NCBI GenBank assembly: GCA_035297365.1
Contig: DATGZA010000008.1
Location: 1 to 21,708 of the forward strand
Direction of reading: 5' to 3'
Length of the DNA stretch: 21,708 bases
Source: Nitrososphaeraceae archaeon
GTDB lineage: Archaea > Thermoproteota > Nitrososphaeria > Nitrososphaerales > Nitrososphaeraceae
Numbering within the stretch: the stretch's first letter is position 1; each line of letters begins with the position of its first letter. Shown here piece by piece: positions 1-8,877 of this stretch. The position numbers and the translations under genes are program-made. The notes beneath the pieces were generated by a model. The model was not told the origin of the DNA. It worked only from the letters and a program-made list of their open reading frames with translations, and did not search any database.

Positions 1-28
1 TTCGTATAGTCACTATTCGTATATATGA

Positions 29-610
29 TTAAACTTTTTCAATGAATTCACAATTAGGGGTGGCGGTATCCTTACCTTCCTCAAAATCTGTTATTCTATC
101 CTGTCCTTCGCTACAATCGAACACATCTTTCCCTGACCCCCCGGTAAGTACATCGTTATCTGGACCACCAAACAAATGATCGTTCCCATCTCCTCCATAC
201 AACGAGTTACCTCCGCCGCCATAAATGAAATTGCTTCCTGAATCACCATAAATAAAATCATCTCCGTCTTGACCGAAAATAATGTCAGATCCCTCTCCTC
301 CCTGCGCAGTATCATCCCCATCCCCCGCATAGACTAGATCATTTCCTCCTTGAGCTTGGATTTCATCTTCTCCATCTTTACCATATATCGTCTCAGAAGA
401 TGTCACTCCATTGATTTTGTCATTGTGGTTTGTTCCTACACAAATAGTAGGATATGCGATTAAATTACCCAAACATTGGATAAAATCATCTACAGGTGTA
501 TCTTTATTTTGACTTCCTTGGAGCTTTCCAGCAACCTCATTTATCGGAGAGTTAGAATATAAACCTAAAGATAACATTAATGCAAGTAATATTATCAGAA
601 CTCTTGGCAA
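29..610 (-). CDS. Secreted RTX/hemolysin-type calcium-binding repeat protein
   Basis: N-terminal signal peptide (MPRVLIILLALMLSLGLYS). About 10 GGxGxD-like nonapeptides (GGEGSDIIF, GQDGDDFIY, GGDGNDHLF, GGSGKDVFD). C-terminal FDC..D.ITDF..D...NCE cap. TTG start. Confidence 0.9.
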   Translation of the reverse strand: MPRVLIILLALMLSLGLYSNSPINEVAGKLQGSQNKDTPVDDFIQCLGNLIAYPTICVGTNHNDKINGVTSSETIYGKDGEDEIQAQGGNDLVYAGDGDDTAQGGEGSDIIFGQDGDDFIYGDSGSNFIYGGGGNSLYGGDGNDHLFGGPDNDVLTGGSGKDVFDCSEGQDRITDFEEGKDTATPNCEFIEKV

Positions 611-630
611 TATTCATTAAAGAAGTTAAT

Positions 631-644
631 AAGTATATATACTT
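631..644 (-). promoter_or_regulatory. Probable TATA box (palindromic AAGTATATATACTT) for the 29..610 gene
   Basis: TATATATA core about 25-30 nt upstream of the TTG at 610, the spacing expected for a leaderless archaeal transcript. Confidence 0.5.
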
Positions 645-747
645 GGTTCAACGAAAATCAGTAAAAATAAACCAAAAAAAGATTCTGAATATTTCTTCTG
701 AATTACATCTATATCAGTAAAAGAGCACCTATGTAATCAAATCAATT

Positions 748-770
748 TGTCACAATTACTCTTTGTGACA
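748..770. repeat. Perfect inverted repeat TGTCACAA-N7-TTGTGACA
   Basis: Read directly: 748-755 TGTCACAA and 763-770 TTGTGACA, immediately followed by TATAAAAG. Confidence 0.6.
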
Positions 771-1236
771 TATAAAAGACATTGATTGTGTCAACATACA
801 TCTATTTTCAGTAAACCAATTTATATCAAGATATATCTTTTTTCAGAAAATAACAAGACATTTTCAAAAACTAGTTTCTATTGTCTTCATCATAAATATA
901 TTATGTGATTCAAATACAGAAGCAAACATATTTTTAGAATGTTCATAACGGTTGTATTATATAATCTATATCTGATTTGCTAATTCCTCAAATTTAAAAT
1001 AATACAGAAAATGTATCCTTATTGTAATAACCATATTTTTAGTCATATACTGCTAATTTAAATATATTACTATGAAAAGTAAAAACAATATTAATGATGA
1101 TACTTCAAAAAAATATTTCGCGACATTATACAGAACTAATCACCATACTCTATTTTGGGACCTGCTAAAATATTGATAACGATTATTTACCAATATAAAA
1201 TATAGAAGATACTTTTTACCTTGTTAATCACGGGAT

Positions 1237-2337
1237 TTAATTGATATTTGTTATATTTTTGATAGGAAATATATTTAAAAAGTCATTTTCCATACTGACC
1301 ACATTCCAGCCTCTTTTTTCAGCCTCTTTTAGTATCTTTTCAGCTCCACTATCATAAGCATATTCTCTTATTGCGTCATCATGATGGACTATAATTTCGA
1401 GTGATTTATTATCTTCGTTATTGTCATCACTGTATGTAAGCATTTCCAAATCCCCGTCTGAATTACCTACAGCTATTACAGGAACCTTACCTATGTGAAG
1501 TTGAATATTCTCTGGTTTCGCTTCATTGTTGTCAAAGGAATTTAATTCTGGTTCTCTAAAAATAGTTGAATTGCCTGAACCAGCGTTATCAATATAACGA
1601 TATTTTACACTACTTCCTATTATCTGTTCATAAGGTATTTCATACACTTTCGAAAGAGCTTCTCTCATAAAATCAACCCCCCCGCCTGAAACAATAAATG
1701 TCTTAAATTGATTATCTTGAAGAAAATTAACAAGTTCTATCATTGGTTGGTAAACTAATTCCACAAATCTAACGTGTTTTTGCGGATGTTTTGCTGTATT
1801 AATCCATTGTTCAACCATATCATTAAAATCTGTTTGTGTAATGTTTGAATGAGTTATTAGAGCTAGATACAAAACATCTTTTTCACCAAGCTGTAAATTC
1901 GTAAAATTTTTCTCCAGCAATTGACTGACCACTTTATCTTGTCTTAAATCGGGATTTGATCTTGCTAGTTCTTCAATTCTGTCTAATATAAAAAATGCCT
2001 GAAAGGGAGCAGGTTTTTCTGACCACATGGTCCCATCATTATCAAAGACTGCTATTCTATCTTCTGGTAAGATATAGACTGGACTGCTAGGATCGGTGAC
2101 ATTTTTTACAAAATCTATTATCTTTTCCTTAACTACACCTGCGTTCCAGGAACCTAACAACATATTACTTTTGTTGTCCTGAAAAGTAGCAAGAAAAGAA
2201 TTAGAGATATTGCTAGCTTGTGCCAAAACAAAAAAATCATTATTTTTTGGTACTAATAGATCCGAAAAAGATATTGTAATCAAACATAGAATTATTGTAA
2301 AAAAAAATATTGATTGTTTGTATTTAAACTCAAACAT
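1237..2337 (-). CDS. Exported HAD-superfamily hydrolase (nonspecific acid phosphatase-like)
   Basis: Motif I AVFDNDGT, motif II IVSGG, motif III Lys (EAKPENI), motif IV GNSDGD. C-terminal HHDDAIREYAYD...GWNVVSMENDF typical of this subfamily. Hydrophobic N-terminal signal or anchor. Confidence 0.9.
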   Translation of the reverse strand: MFEFKYKQSIFFFTIILCLITISFSDLLVPKNNDFFVLAQASNISNSFLATFQDNKSNMLLGSWNAGVVKEKIIDFVKNVTDPSSPVYILPEDRIAVFDNDGTMWSEKPAPFQAFFILDRIEELARSNPDLRQDKVVSQLLEKNFTNLQLGEKDVLYLALITHSNITQTDFNDMVEQWINTAKHPQKHVRFVELVYQPMIELVNFLQDNQFKTFIVSGGGVDFMREALSKVYEIPYEQIIGSSVKYRYIDNAGSGNSTIFREPELNSFDNNEAKPENIQLHIGKVPVIAVGNSDGDLEMLTYSDDNNEDNKSLEIIVHHDDAIREYAYDSGAEKILKEAEKRGWNVVSMENDFLNIFPIKNITNIN

Positions 2338-2341
2338 AAGA

Positions 2342-2382
2342 AAATCTATTAGGAATTAAATAATAGGTTTGTATAAACTTTA
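2342..2382 (-). promoter_or_regulatory. BRE/TATA (TAAAGTTTATA) plus operator-like inverted repeat upstream of the HAD gene
   Basis: Plus-strand TATAAACTTTA at 2372-2382. AAATCTATTA-N9-TAATAGGTTT at 2342-2370 (9/10 match) lies between it and the ATG. Confidence 0.5.
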
Positions 2383-2564
2383 CTAAATAACATTAATTCA
2401 TAGAACATAACATATGGTATTTAGACAAATATATGAGATTAATCTAAGAATAAGAAGTTTGCAAAGAACAAAAATATGATTTGAATTTGACTACAAATGT
2501 TTTGTGTTATTTTAAAATAAAAAAATTAGGTACTACTATTTGAATTTGTTTCTGTTTTCTAGCT

Positions 2565-4388
2565 TCACGGTTCCGCTGGATAGCCTGCTAATAACTTTTC
2601 CATTGGGAACCCTGTAAATTCTGTTTGGTTGGTTGCTGCTAACATTTCCATTACTCCTTGTTTTTGCTGTTTACTGTATTTTGGTTCTATAATTCCCACG
2701 TTCTGGGCCCATTTGTCATAGGCTGAAACCATCTTTTCAAGGATATCTGGATGTTCTTTTGATAAATCTGTTGCTTCACGAATATCTTGTTTTATGTCAA
2801 ATAGCTTCCATTGTCCATCTCCTATGGGAAATATATTATAACGTGCCTTCCAGTCTCCCATGAATACGGCACGGTTACCAAACATCTCTGACGATATTAT
2901 TTCATCATCCATATGTATCTGTTCAACAGTACCTTCTAAGAGTGGTTTTATGGATTTTCCCATAATTGGACTGACTTGTTTTCCTTTATACTCTGAACCA
3001 GGATGTGTAGTATTTGCATATTCTAGAAATGTTGGTGTCATATCGCTGACATGAACAAATTCCTTTACAATATCGAGTTCAGGTGTATTTGTTGCATGTG
3101 GTTCTTTTATTACAAATGGTGGTTTTATGCCTCCATTGAACATAGTTGATTTAACTCCAGAGTATGGCGTGTTTGACATGACAGCTCCCTGCCATCCATA
3201 CCCCCAATAGGAGTCTTTTCCGCCTATGGCATCAAAGGTTTCACTGAATCCTGCTGCTTTAAATTCCTCTAATTCCTTAGCATTTGCACCCTCTAAAGTT
3301 CCAACTACCACAGGAGAATCAGATGGCTCACTACCACCGTTGTCTGAAGTAAACATTATGAAAGTATTTTCATATTGACCTGTATCCTTGAGGAATTGAA
3401 TCAGCTTTCCTATATTATAGTCCATATCTTCTATCATTCCTGCATGTGCTGCAAATATCTGTGATCTTTGTTTTTGTTCAGTTGTAGACAACGCATTCCA
3501 ATTTGGAAAAGTTGGGAAGCTTTGTGGTAATGTCATATTTATGGGCCATATTCCTAATTCTTTTTGTTTTTCAAACCTTTGTTCTCTTATTTTATCCCAT
3601 CCACCATCGTAAACTCCCTCGTATTTCTTTATGTATTCCTGTGGAGCCTGGAATGGTGTGTGTGCTACCTGAAATGCAAGATATGCGAAAAATGGTTTGT
3701 CATTTTCTTTTGATTTCTTGATAAAATCGATCATTTTATCTGTGTAAAATTCATTTGAAAACTGAGTACCATTTGGTTTTTCAACTATTTTGCCGTTATC
3801 TATGAAAGTAGTAACTCCACCAGGATAGTATGGTCCATATGTGAAATGATTTGCTCCAGATTCAAGTAAGGTAAAACTCTGATCAAATCCTCTGTCGGCT
3901 GGTCCAGTACCATTATGATATCCCTTTCCTGAAAGATGCCATTTACCTGAAAGAAGTGTATCATAACCCGCGTCCCTGAGTAACTCTGCAACGGTAACAA
4001 CCCTGTCAGTAATATAAGTCTCATAGCCTGTTTTATTCACCTGATTGGGAGCAATGTTTTCAAACATAGTACCGATGCCAGCTATATGATTATCAACTCC
4101 AGTAAGAAAAGTACTTCTTGCTGGAGAACATACTGGATGTGTATAATAATTGGTCAAGATTTTACCTTCTTTTGCCAATTGATCTAAATTGGGCGTAGAA
4201 ATCTCACTTCCAAATACACCTAGATCAGAAAAACCAAAATCATCTCCCATCATTACCAATATGTTTGGTCTGTTATCATCTATGTTGTTATCATTCTGTG
4301 CGAAAACAGTACTTGGTATCATGTAAAACGATGACACCAGAAATGCTGTTAAAACGGATACCGCAAACAAAGACCTGAATTTTCTCAT
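2565..4388 (-). CDS. atsA: Secreted arylsulfatase (S1 formylglycine-dependent, Cys-type, AtsA-like), paralog 1
   Basis: RPNILVMMGDDFGFSDLG, TPNLDQLA, CSPARSTFLTG (CxPxR at 4116-4130), GKWHL, VAH, SDNG and GVK catalytic or metal motifs are all present. Signal peptide ends VFA/Q. Confidence 0.93.
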   Translation of the reverse strand: MRKFRSLFAVSVLTAFLVSSFYMIPSTVFAQNDNNIDDNRPNILVMMGDDFGFSDLGVFGSEISTPNLDQLAKEGKILTNYYTHPVCSPARSTFLTGVDNHIAGIGTMFENIAPNQVNKTGYETYITDRVVTVAELLRDAGYDTLLSGKWHLSGKGYHNGTGPADRGFDQSFTLLESGANHFTYGPYYPGGVTTFIDNGKIVEKPNGTQFSNEFYTDKMIDFIKKSKENDKPFFAYLAFQVAHTPFQAPQEYIKKYEGVYDGGWDKIREQRFEKQKELGIWPINMTLPQSFPTFPNWNALSTTEQKQRSQIFAAHAGMIEDMDYNIGKLIQFLKDTGQYENTFIMFTSDNGGSEPSDSPVVVGTLEGANAKELEEFKAAGFSETFDAIGGKDSYWGYGWQGAVMSNTPYSGVKSTMFNGGIKPPFVIKEPHATNTPELDIVKEFVHVSDMTPTFLEYANTTHPGSEYKGKQVSPIMGKSIKPLLEGTVEQIHMDDEIISSEMFGNRAVFMGDWKARYNIFPIGDGQWKLFDIKQDIREATDLSKEHPDILEKMVSAYDKWAQNVGIIEPKYSKQQKQGVMEMLAATNQTEFTGFPMEKLLAGYPAEP

Positions 4389-4412
4389 TTAAAATGCTCT
4401 AACGAATAAATG

Positions 4413-4424
4413 ATATAAACTTTA
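4413..4424 (-). promoter_or_regulatory. BRE/TATA (TAAAGTTTATAT) of arylsulfatase 1
   Basis: Starts 25 nt upstream of the ATG at 4388. Contains the same 11-mer as upstream of the HAD gene. Confidence 0.55.
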
Positions 4425-4809
4425 TTCACATCAATCTCATTTTGCTATATTTTCTATATTTTATATTTTACATGGGTGTTTACTTTGCAGCATGCTTTTC
4501 TGTTTAACCATTATGGGGTAATATGAAGAAAAAGAAAACGATTAAAAATAGTAACAAAAAAATATTGTAAAATTGCTTTGTTTTATTTGTTCTCTTCCAT
4601 CTTATCTCTGAAATTGTATCTGAGATAGAAGATATCTGACCAAAAATCTGGTTCTATTATTTGTATCTGATTAACATTTCCATTGTGTTTAGAATCTTTT
4701 AAGAGGAATTCAAATATAATGGTTTTATTCTTATCTCGCTTTATTTCAAACGAATTCAATTTTAAGGTCTTAATATTAATATTATTATGTTGAAGAACTT
4801 TTTCAGTAA

Positions 4810-5274
4810 TTAAATTAAATTAAATCCATTTCCTATTAACAATTCTTTATATTGTATTGAATCTTCGAAAAATCCCTTAAATTGAAAATTATTGAAAAGC
4901 ATATAGCAGATATTTCTTTCAAGATTTTGATAACCATGTCGAGAAAGTTGTTCAGAAGCAAATAATAAAATTGTTATTGTTTTGAGTTGAGTTTCTGCAT
5001 CCCTGATACCTTGTAATTTGATGTTCTCAATGGTATCGTTAAATTGGTATTTTCTTTTAGTTTTTTCATTACCAATGATGATCAATTTACCAGCCTTACA
5101 ATCAGTAACTTTAAAATCAAATATCATATTGTTAATACTATAACTATATCTGTCTACATTTGGATTTACATTTCTAATAATTTTAGTTATTGATTTGCGT
5201 TCTCTTTCACCGATAAATTAATAACTGTAATTTACAGATATTATTTCAGTTTCTTTTTCATGCACATTCAGCAC
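4810..5274 (-). pseudogene. Hypothetical gene probably interrupted by a nonsense codon (or a 105-aa hypothetical from ATG 5127)
   Basis: The frame of ORF 4810..5127 stays open for 30 more codons upstream (FIGERERKSITKIIRN...). It then has a single TAA at 5218-5220 and 18 further codons back to GTG at 5274. No family recognised. Confidence 0.4.
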
Positions 5275-5370
5275 CTATATCTTCTCAAAATTATGATGTA
5301 GAGAAAATTATAATTAACATATTTTCAAACTATAAAAATAATAATCTAGTTGTATATAATTAGATATATT

Positions 5371-5862
5371 TCAATTAGAAAGTTGAATTCTCAAATTTTC
5401 AACTTTCTTCCCCAAGTTTACTAAAATATTTCCGAAATGATCTAAAATCTCTCTTGTACTATCACTCATAGATGTCGAATTACTTTTAGCAAAAGAAACA
5501 AATTCATTTCCTGTTTTAATAATTGTTATACTGGAATTCTTCCATTCTTGATTTGCAGTTTTCAATTCAGATAATCCTTCAGATATTCTTCCATTTACAA
5601 GATGTTGAGATGCCAATGAAAGATGTGAGTCGACCGAACTAAAATTTAGTTGTGATTTAACTTCATTAATTAATTGATTGAAATAAACCTGAATGTCATT
5701 TTGAATAATGTCCTTTCCTGTTTTAAATTCTTTTATCAGTTCCTTAGGATCAGTTGAACTGATAGTTTGTGCATTTGCATATTCAAACTGTATTATAGTT
5801 ACGGAAAGAGTGAGAACTATCAATACTACTAAAGTAGATTCTATGTTCATGTCTGGCTTCAT
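5371..5862 (-). CDS. Secreted alpha-helical hypothetical protein
   Basis: 163-aa ORF with a signal peptide (…LVVLIVLTLSVTIIQFEYANA/Q) and an amphipathic helical mature part. Confidence 0.75.
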   Translation of the reverse strand: MKPDMNIESTLVVLIVLTLSVTIIQFEYANAQTISSTDPKELIKEFKTGKDIIQNDIQVYFNQLINEVKSQLNFSSVDSHLSLASQHLVNGRISEGLSELKTANQEWKNSSITIIKTGNEFVSFAKSNSTSMSDSTREILDHFGNILVNLGKKVENLRIQLSN

Positions 5863-6278
5863 ATCGTTACAAATAAAATACTTGTATATATTTTCGATGG
5901 TTTCAAACTTAATGAATAGTAATTGATTGTTGGGTATCTATGTAAAAGTCTCCGCTAAACGTATTCCTTTATCCAAATATCACTGCTATGTCATGTTCGA
6001 TATCTTATCTATCAGTATGATACAGTAATGTATAATATTATGTTACTTGTGCGTTGGAAAGTTTATAATGATTGGTACCTGATTGTTCTCGGATGGAATA
6101 GATGTTTTGTTATCACTAATCTTTGCGTATCAAGATGATGGTTTATTATTTCTTTATCATATAAATTCATAATCCAATTAATTGAGCCAATTTATAAAAA
6201 CTATAATTCAATATGTTTCGTTGAATACAGGTAAAATTCGTTTAGTTAAATCTATTTTTTATCGACTTAACCTCTTTT

Positions 6279-6476
6279 TTACGCATGAGCAATAATACCA
6301 CAGTAAGGTTTCGTTTGTTGATTGGATATACCTGCTAGCTGATCCGTTGTTAGATTGTTTGATGTTGTTTTTTGCTGTTTCTGGGTATATTTGTTTTCAT
6401 CACGTTTGTAACACCTGATTGCAGGAATAACTAGATCAAATACTAATTTCCTATAGGCTTGGGATGAAAAATCCAT
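6279..6476 (-). CDS. Short hypothetical ORF (doubtful, possibly a remnant)
   Basis: 65-aa ATG ORF in the same orientation as its neighbours. No recognisable motif. Confidence 0.25.
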   Translation of the reverse strand: MDFSSQAYRKLVFDLVIPAIRCYKRDENKYTQKQQKTTSNNLTTDQLAGISNQQTKPYCGIIAHA

Positions 6477-6720
6477 GTAAATACCATTGATTTTAATCTA
6501 CGAAATATATCTGAATTTGTGAAACATCTTTAGTTCTAAACTTTAGAGTTTGATATATCAGATCGGTTATTGGCTTCTCTCTATAATAGCTTTATAAATG
6601 ATTGAATCACTTTATTTTTAGATACTAACAAAATGATCATTATAAGTTGGTTTTGTTCTTTTTGGTAGAATATATTATAAGTTTAATATTTATTTTAGCA
6701 TTATGACTATTCATATTCTT

Positions 6721-6735
6721 AAAAAAAAGAGAAAA
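6721..6735 (-). terminator. Oligo-T tract, candidate archaeal terminator of arylsulfatase 2
   Basis: Minus-strand TTTTCTCTTTTTTTT about 85 nt after the stop at 6818. Confidence 0.4.
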
Positions 6736-6817
6736 TGAAATGCAGGCCGTTTTTTACTGGAGCATCAGCATCTATACAAGACAGATATCTTGGCATTTGC
6801 AGAACCCACCTTCCATG

Positions 6818-8680
6818 TTAAGATACTGGAGTTTCAGAACTAAATTGCTCAGGAATTATGTCTGCCGAGGTAATAGTTACTTGTGACTGGTTTATGGGTG
6901 GTGAAGCGCTCTCTAATCCCTCATAGTAGGCTTGCCCACGAGGAATTACAACACCAACATCTTTTGCGTATGAATCATAGGCAGAAATCAATTTTTGCAT
7001 AATTTCAGGGTTTTGGTCTGCCAGATCGACTATTTCAGTAGGATCATCTGCAATATTGTGAAGTTGCCACTTCCCATCACCCATTGGAGGTTCATGTTTG
7101 ATGGCTTTCCAATCACCCAGGTATACGGCGGTATTGTTAAACATCTCGTCAGCGACTATTTCATCTGGTCCATAAACGCTGTAGGCAGTTCCATTAAAAA
7201 GTGACTTTAATGATTTTCCCATGATAGGATGGATTGGCATGCCATTATAGGATGAACCTGGTTGCTGAACTCCTGCATATTCTAGAAAAGTAGGAGTAAG
7301 GTCTGTTACATAAGCAAATGTCTTGATGATCTCTGGGTTTAACTCACCTGCTGAAGATGAGGCTGAGGTAATTCCAGGTTCTTTGAATATAAATGGAACT
7401 CTAGTACCACCTTCATACTCACTTGTCTTAAATCCAGAAAATGGGGAGTCGGAAGTAGCCGAACCCCATGCAGCATAGTTAATTACAGAGCTTCCGTTAC
7501 CAAGATTTGATAATGTATTATTTACTTGATTTACGAAGCTCGCCATTTCTGAGCCTGAAGCTGAAGAAAATTTAATGGAAAGTAGTGGTCCTGGTTCACT
7601 GGTGCCGTTATCAGAAGCAAACACAATCAGAGTGTTGTCGTATTTTCCTGTATCTTTGAGATATTGTATTACTTTACCAATGTTTTGATCCATATTTTCT
7701 ATCATGCTTGCACGTACTGCTAATATTCTAGAAGCATAGTCTTTCTGTTCCTGTGTCAAATCCTCCCATGGATGGTTTGGTGGGATTCTCTCAGGTAGTT
7801 TCATATCTTTGTTCCAAAATCCTAGATCTTGCTGCTTTTCAAATCTATCTTCTCTTATTTTGTCCCATCCTGCGCTGTTTGTCTTTTCGTACTTGGCCAC
7901 TAACTCTTGTGGTGACTGGAATGGAGAATGTGCAACCTGAAATGAAAGGTAAGCAAAGAATGGTTTTCCGTCTGTAGAATTCTTGAGGAATTCTATCATT
8001 TTGTCGGTGTAGAGTTCATTTGAGAATAGCGTTTTATTGCCAGGTCTGGGAATTATTTTATCATTTTCTGCGAATGTTATCTTCTCTAACGGAGTCTCTG
8101 GGAAATCATTAAAGTGATTAGCCCCACCATTTAGCAATGTAAGGCTTTGTTCAAACCCTTTGTCGTATGGCCACGTTCCATTTTCAAAGTGATTGCCTGA
8201 AAGATGCCATTTCCCTGACAAATATGTGTGATAACCTGAATCACGTAATAGTTGAGCAACAGTGACAACTCTATCGTTTATCCAGGTTTCATAACCAGGT
8301 TTTCCTATCTGGTTTTCAGCAATCAATTCATACATTGATCCAATTCCCCCTATGTGGTGGTCTACACCAGTTAGCAATGCCACTCTTGCGGGAGAACACA
8401 CGGGTACTGTATGGTAATTTGTTAAAATTTTTCCGTCCTTTGCCAAATTATCGAGATTTGGTGTTGATATCTCTCCACCAAATGCACCTATATCCGAATA
8501 ACCAAAATCGTCACCAAGAAATAACATAATATTTGGACGAGTATCCAAATCATCCAGTCCACCGGCTGTCGTTTGTGCATAACTGAAAGTGAACGTCTTA
8601 AACGAGGGTATAAGTGCCAGACTTAAAGTAATTAGAAATAGTACCCAAAATATAAAAACACTTTTGAAATTTATATTCAT
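6818..8680 (-). CDS. atsA: Secreted arylsulfatase (S1 formylglycine-dependent, Cys-type, AtsA-like), paralog 2
   Basis: RPNIMLFLGDDFGYSDIGAFGGEISTPNLD, CSPARVALLTG (8384-8398), GKWHL, VAH, SDNG, GFK..EYEGGTRVPF. Signal peptide ends SYA/Q. Confidence 0.93.
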   Translation of the reverse strand: MNINFKSVFIFWVLFLITLSLALIPSFKTFTFSYAQTTAGGLDDLDTRPNIMLFLGDDFGYSDIGAFGGEISTPNLDNLAKDGKILTNYHTVPVCSPARVALLTGVDHHIGGIGSMYELIAENQIGKPGYETWINDRVVTVAQLLRDSGYHTYLSGKWHLSGNHFENGTWPYDKGFEQSLTLLNGGANHFNDFPETPLEKITFAENDKIIPRPGNKTLFSNELYTDKMIEFLKNSTDGKPFFAYLSFQVAHSPFQSPQELVAKYEKTNSAGWDKIREDRFEKQQDLGFWNKDMKLPERIPPNHPWEDLTQEQKDYASRILAVRASMIENMDQNIGKVIQYLKDTGKYDNTLIVFASDNGTSEPGPLLSIKFSSASGSEMASFVNQVNNTLSNLGNGSSVINYAAWGSATSDSPFSGFKTSEYEGGTRVPFIFKEPGITSASSSAGELNPEIIKTFAYVTDLTPTFLEYAGVQQPGSSYNGMPIHPIMGKSLKSLFNGTAYSVYGPDEIVADEMFNNTAVYLGDWKAIKHEPPMGDGKWQLHNIADDPTEIVDLADQNPEIMQKLISAYDSYAKDVGVVIPRGQAYYEGLESASPPINQSQVTITSADIIPEQFSSETPVS

Positions 8681-8803
8681 GCATATCAGATTGAAATAGA
8701 TTGTATTTATGTATTTATGTACACCTGTTAAATTAACAAAATGGATCTAGATGTGAATATCCTATCCGAATATAAAGCTTGGTCAAATGTACAGAGACAA
8801 ACA

Positions 8804-8836
8804 TCCAGATTATTCTCCAGATTAAAATCCAGTAAA
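8804..8836. repeat. Three direct repeats TCCAG(A/T)(T/A)(T/A)A with 12-bp period in the divergent promoter region
   Basis: TCCAGATTA at 8804-8812, TCCAGATTA at 8816-8824, TCCAGTAAA at 8828-8836. Confidence 0.55.
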
Positions 8837-8877
8837 AGATAAAAAAATTAAAATGGGAAGAATTTCAAAGTCAATTA

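Noticed and set aside
4603-4627. Imperfect IR TATCTCTGA-N7-TCTGAGATA
   Set aside because: About 200 bp from the sulfatase promoter, different from the other IRs, and plausible by chance in AT-rich DNA.
6772-6816. 14-aa Cys-rich mini-ORF MEGGFCKCQDICLV starting 1 nt after the arylsulfatase 2 stop
   Set aside because: Too short to distinguish from chance. It lies downstream, so it cannot be a Cys-sensing leader for that gene.
2860-8529. Short ORFs overlapping the sulfatase genes and the 5371..5862 gene (2860, 3503, 3800, 5708, 6995, 7753, 8335)
   Set aside because: They overlap longer, well-supported genes and have no motifs.
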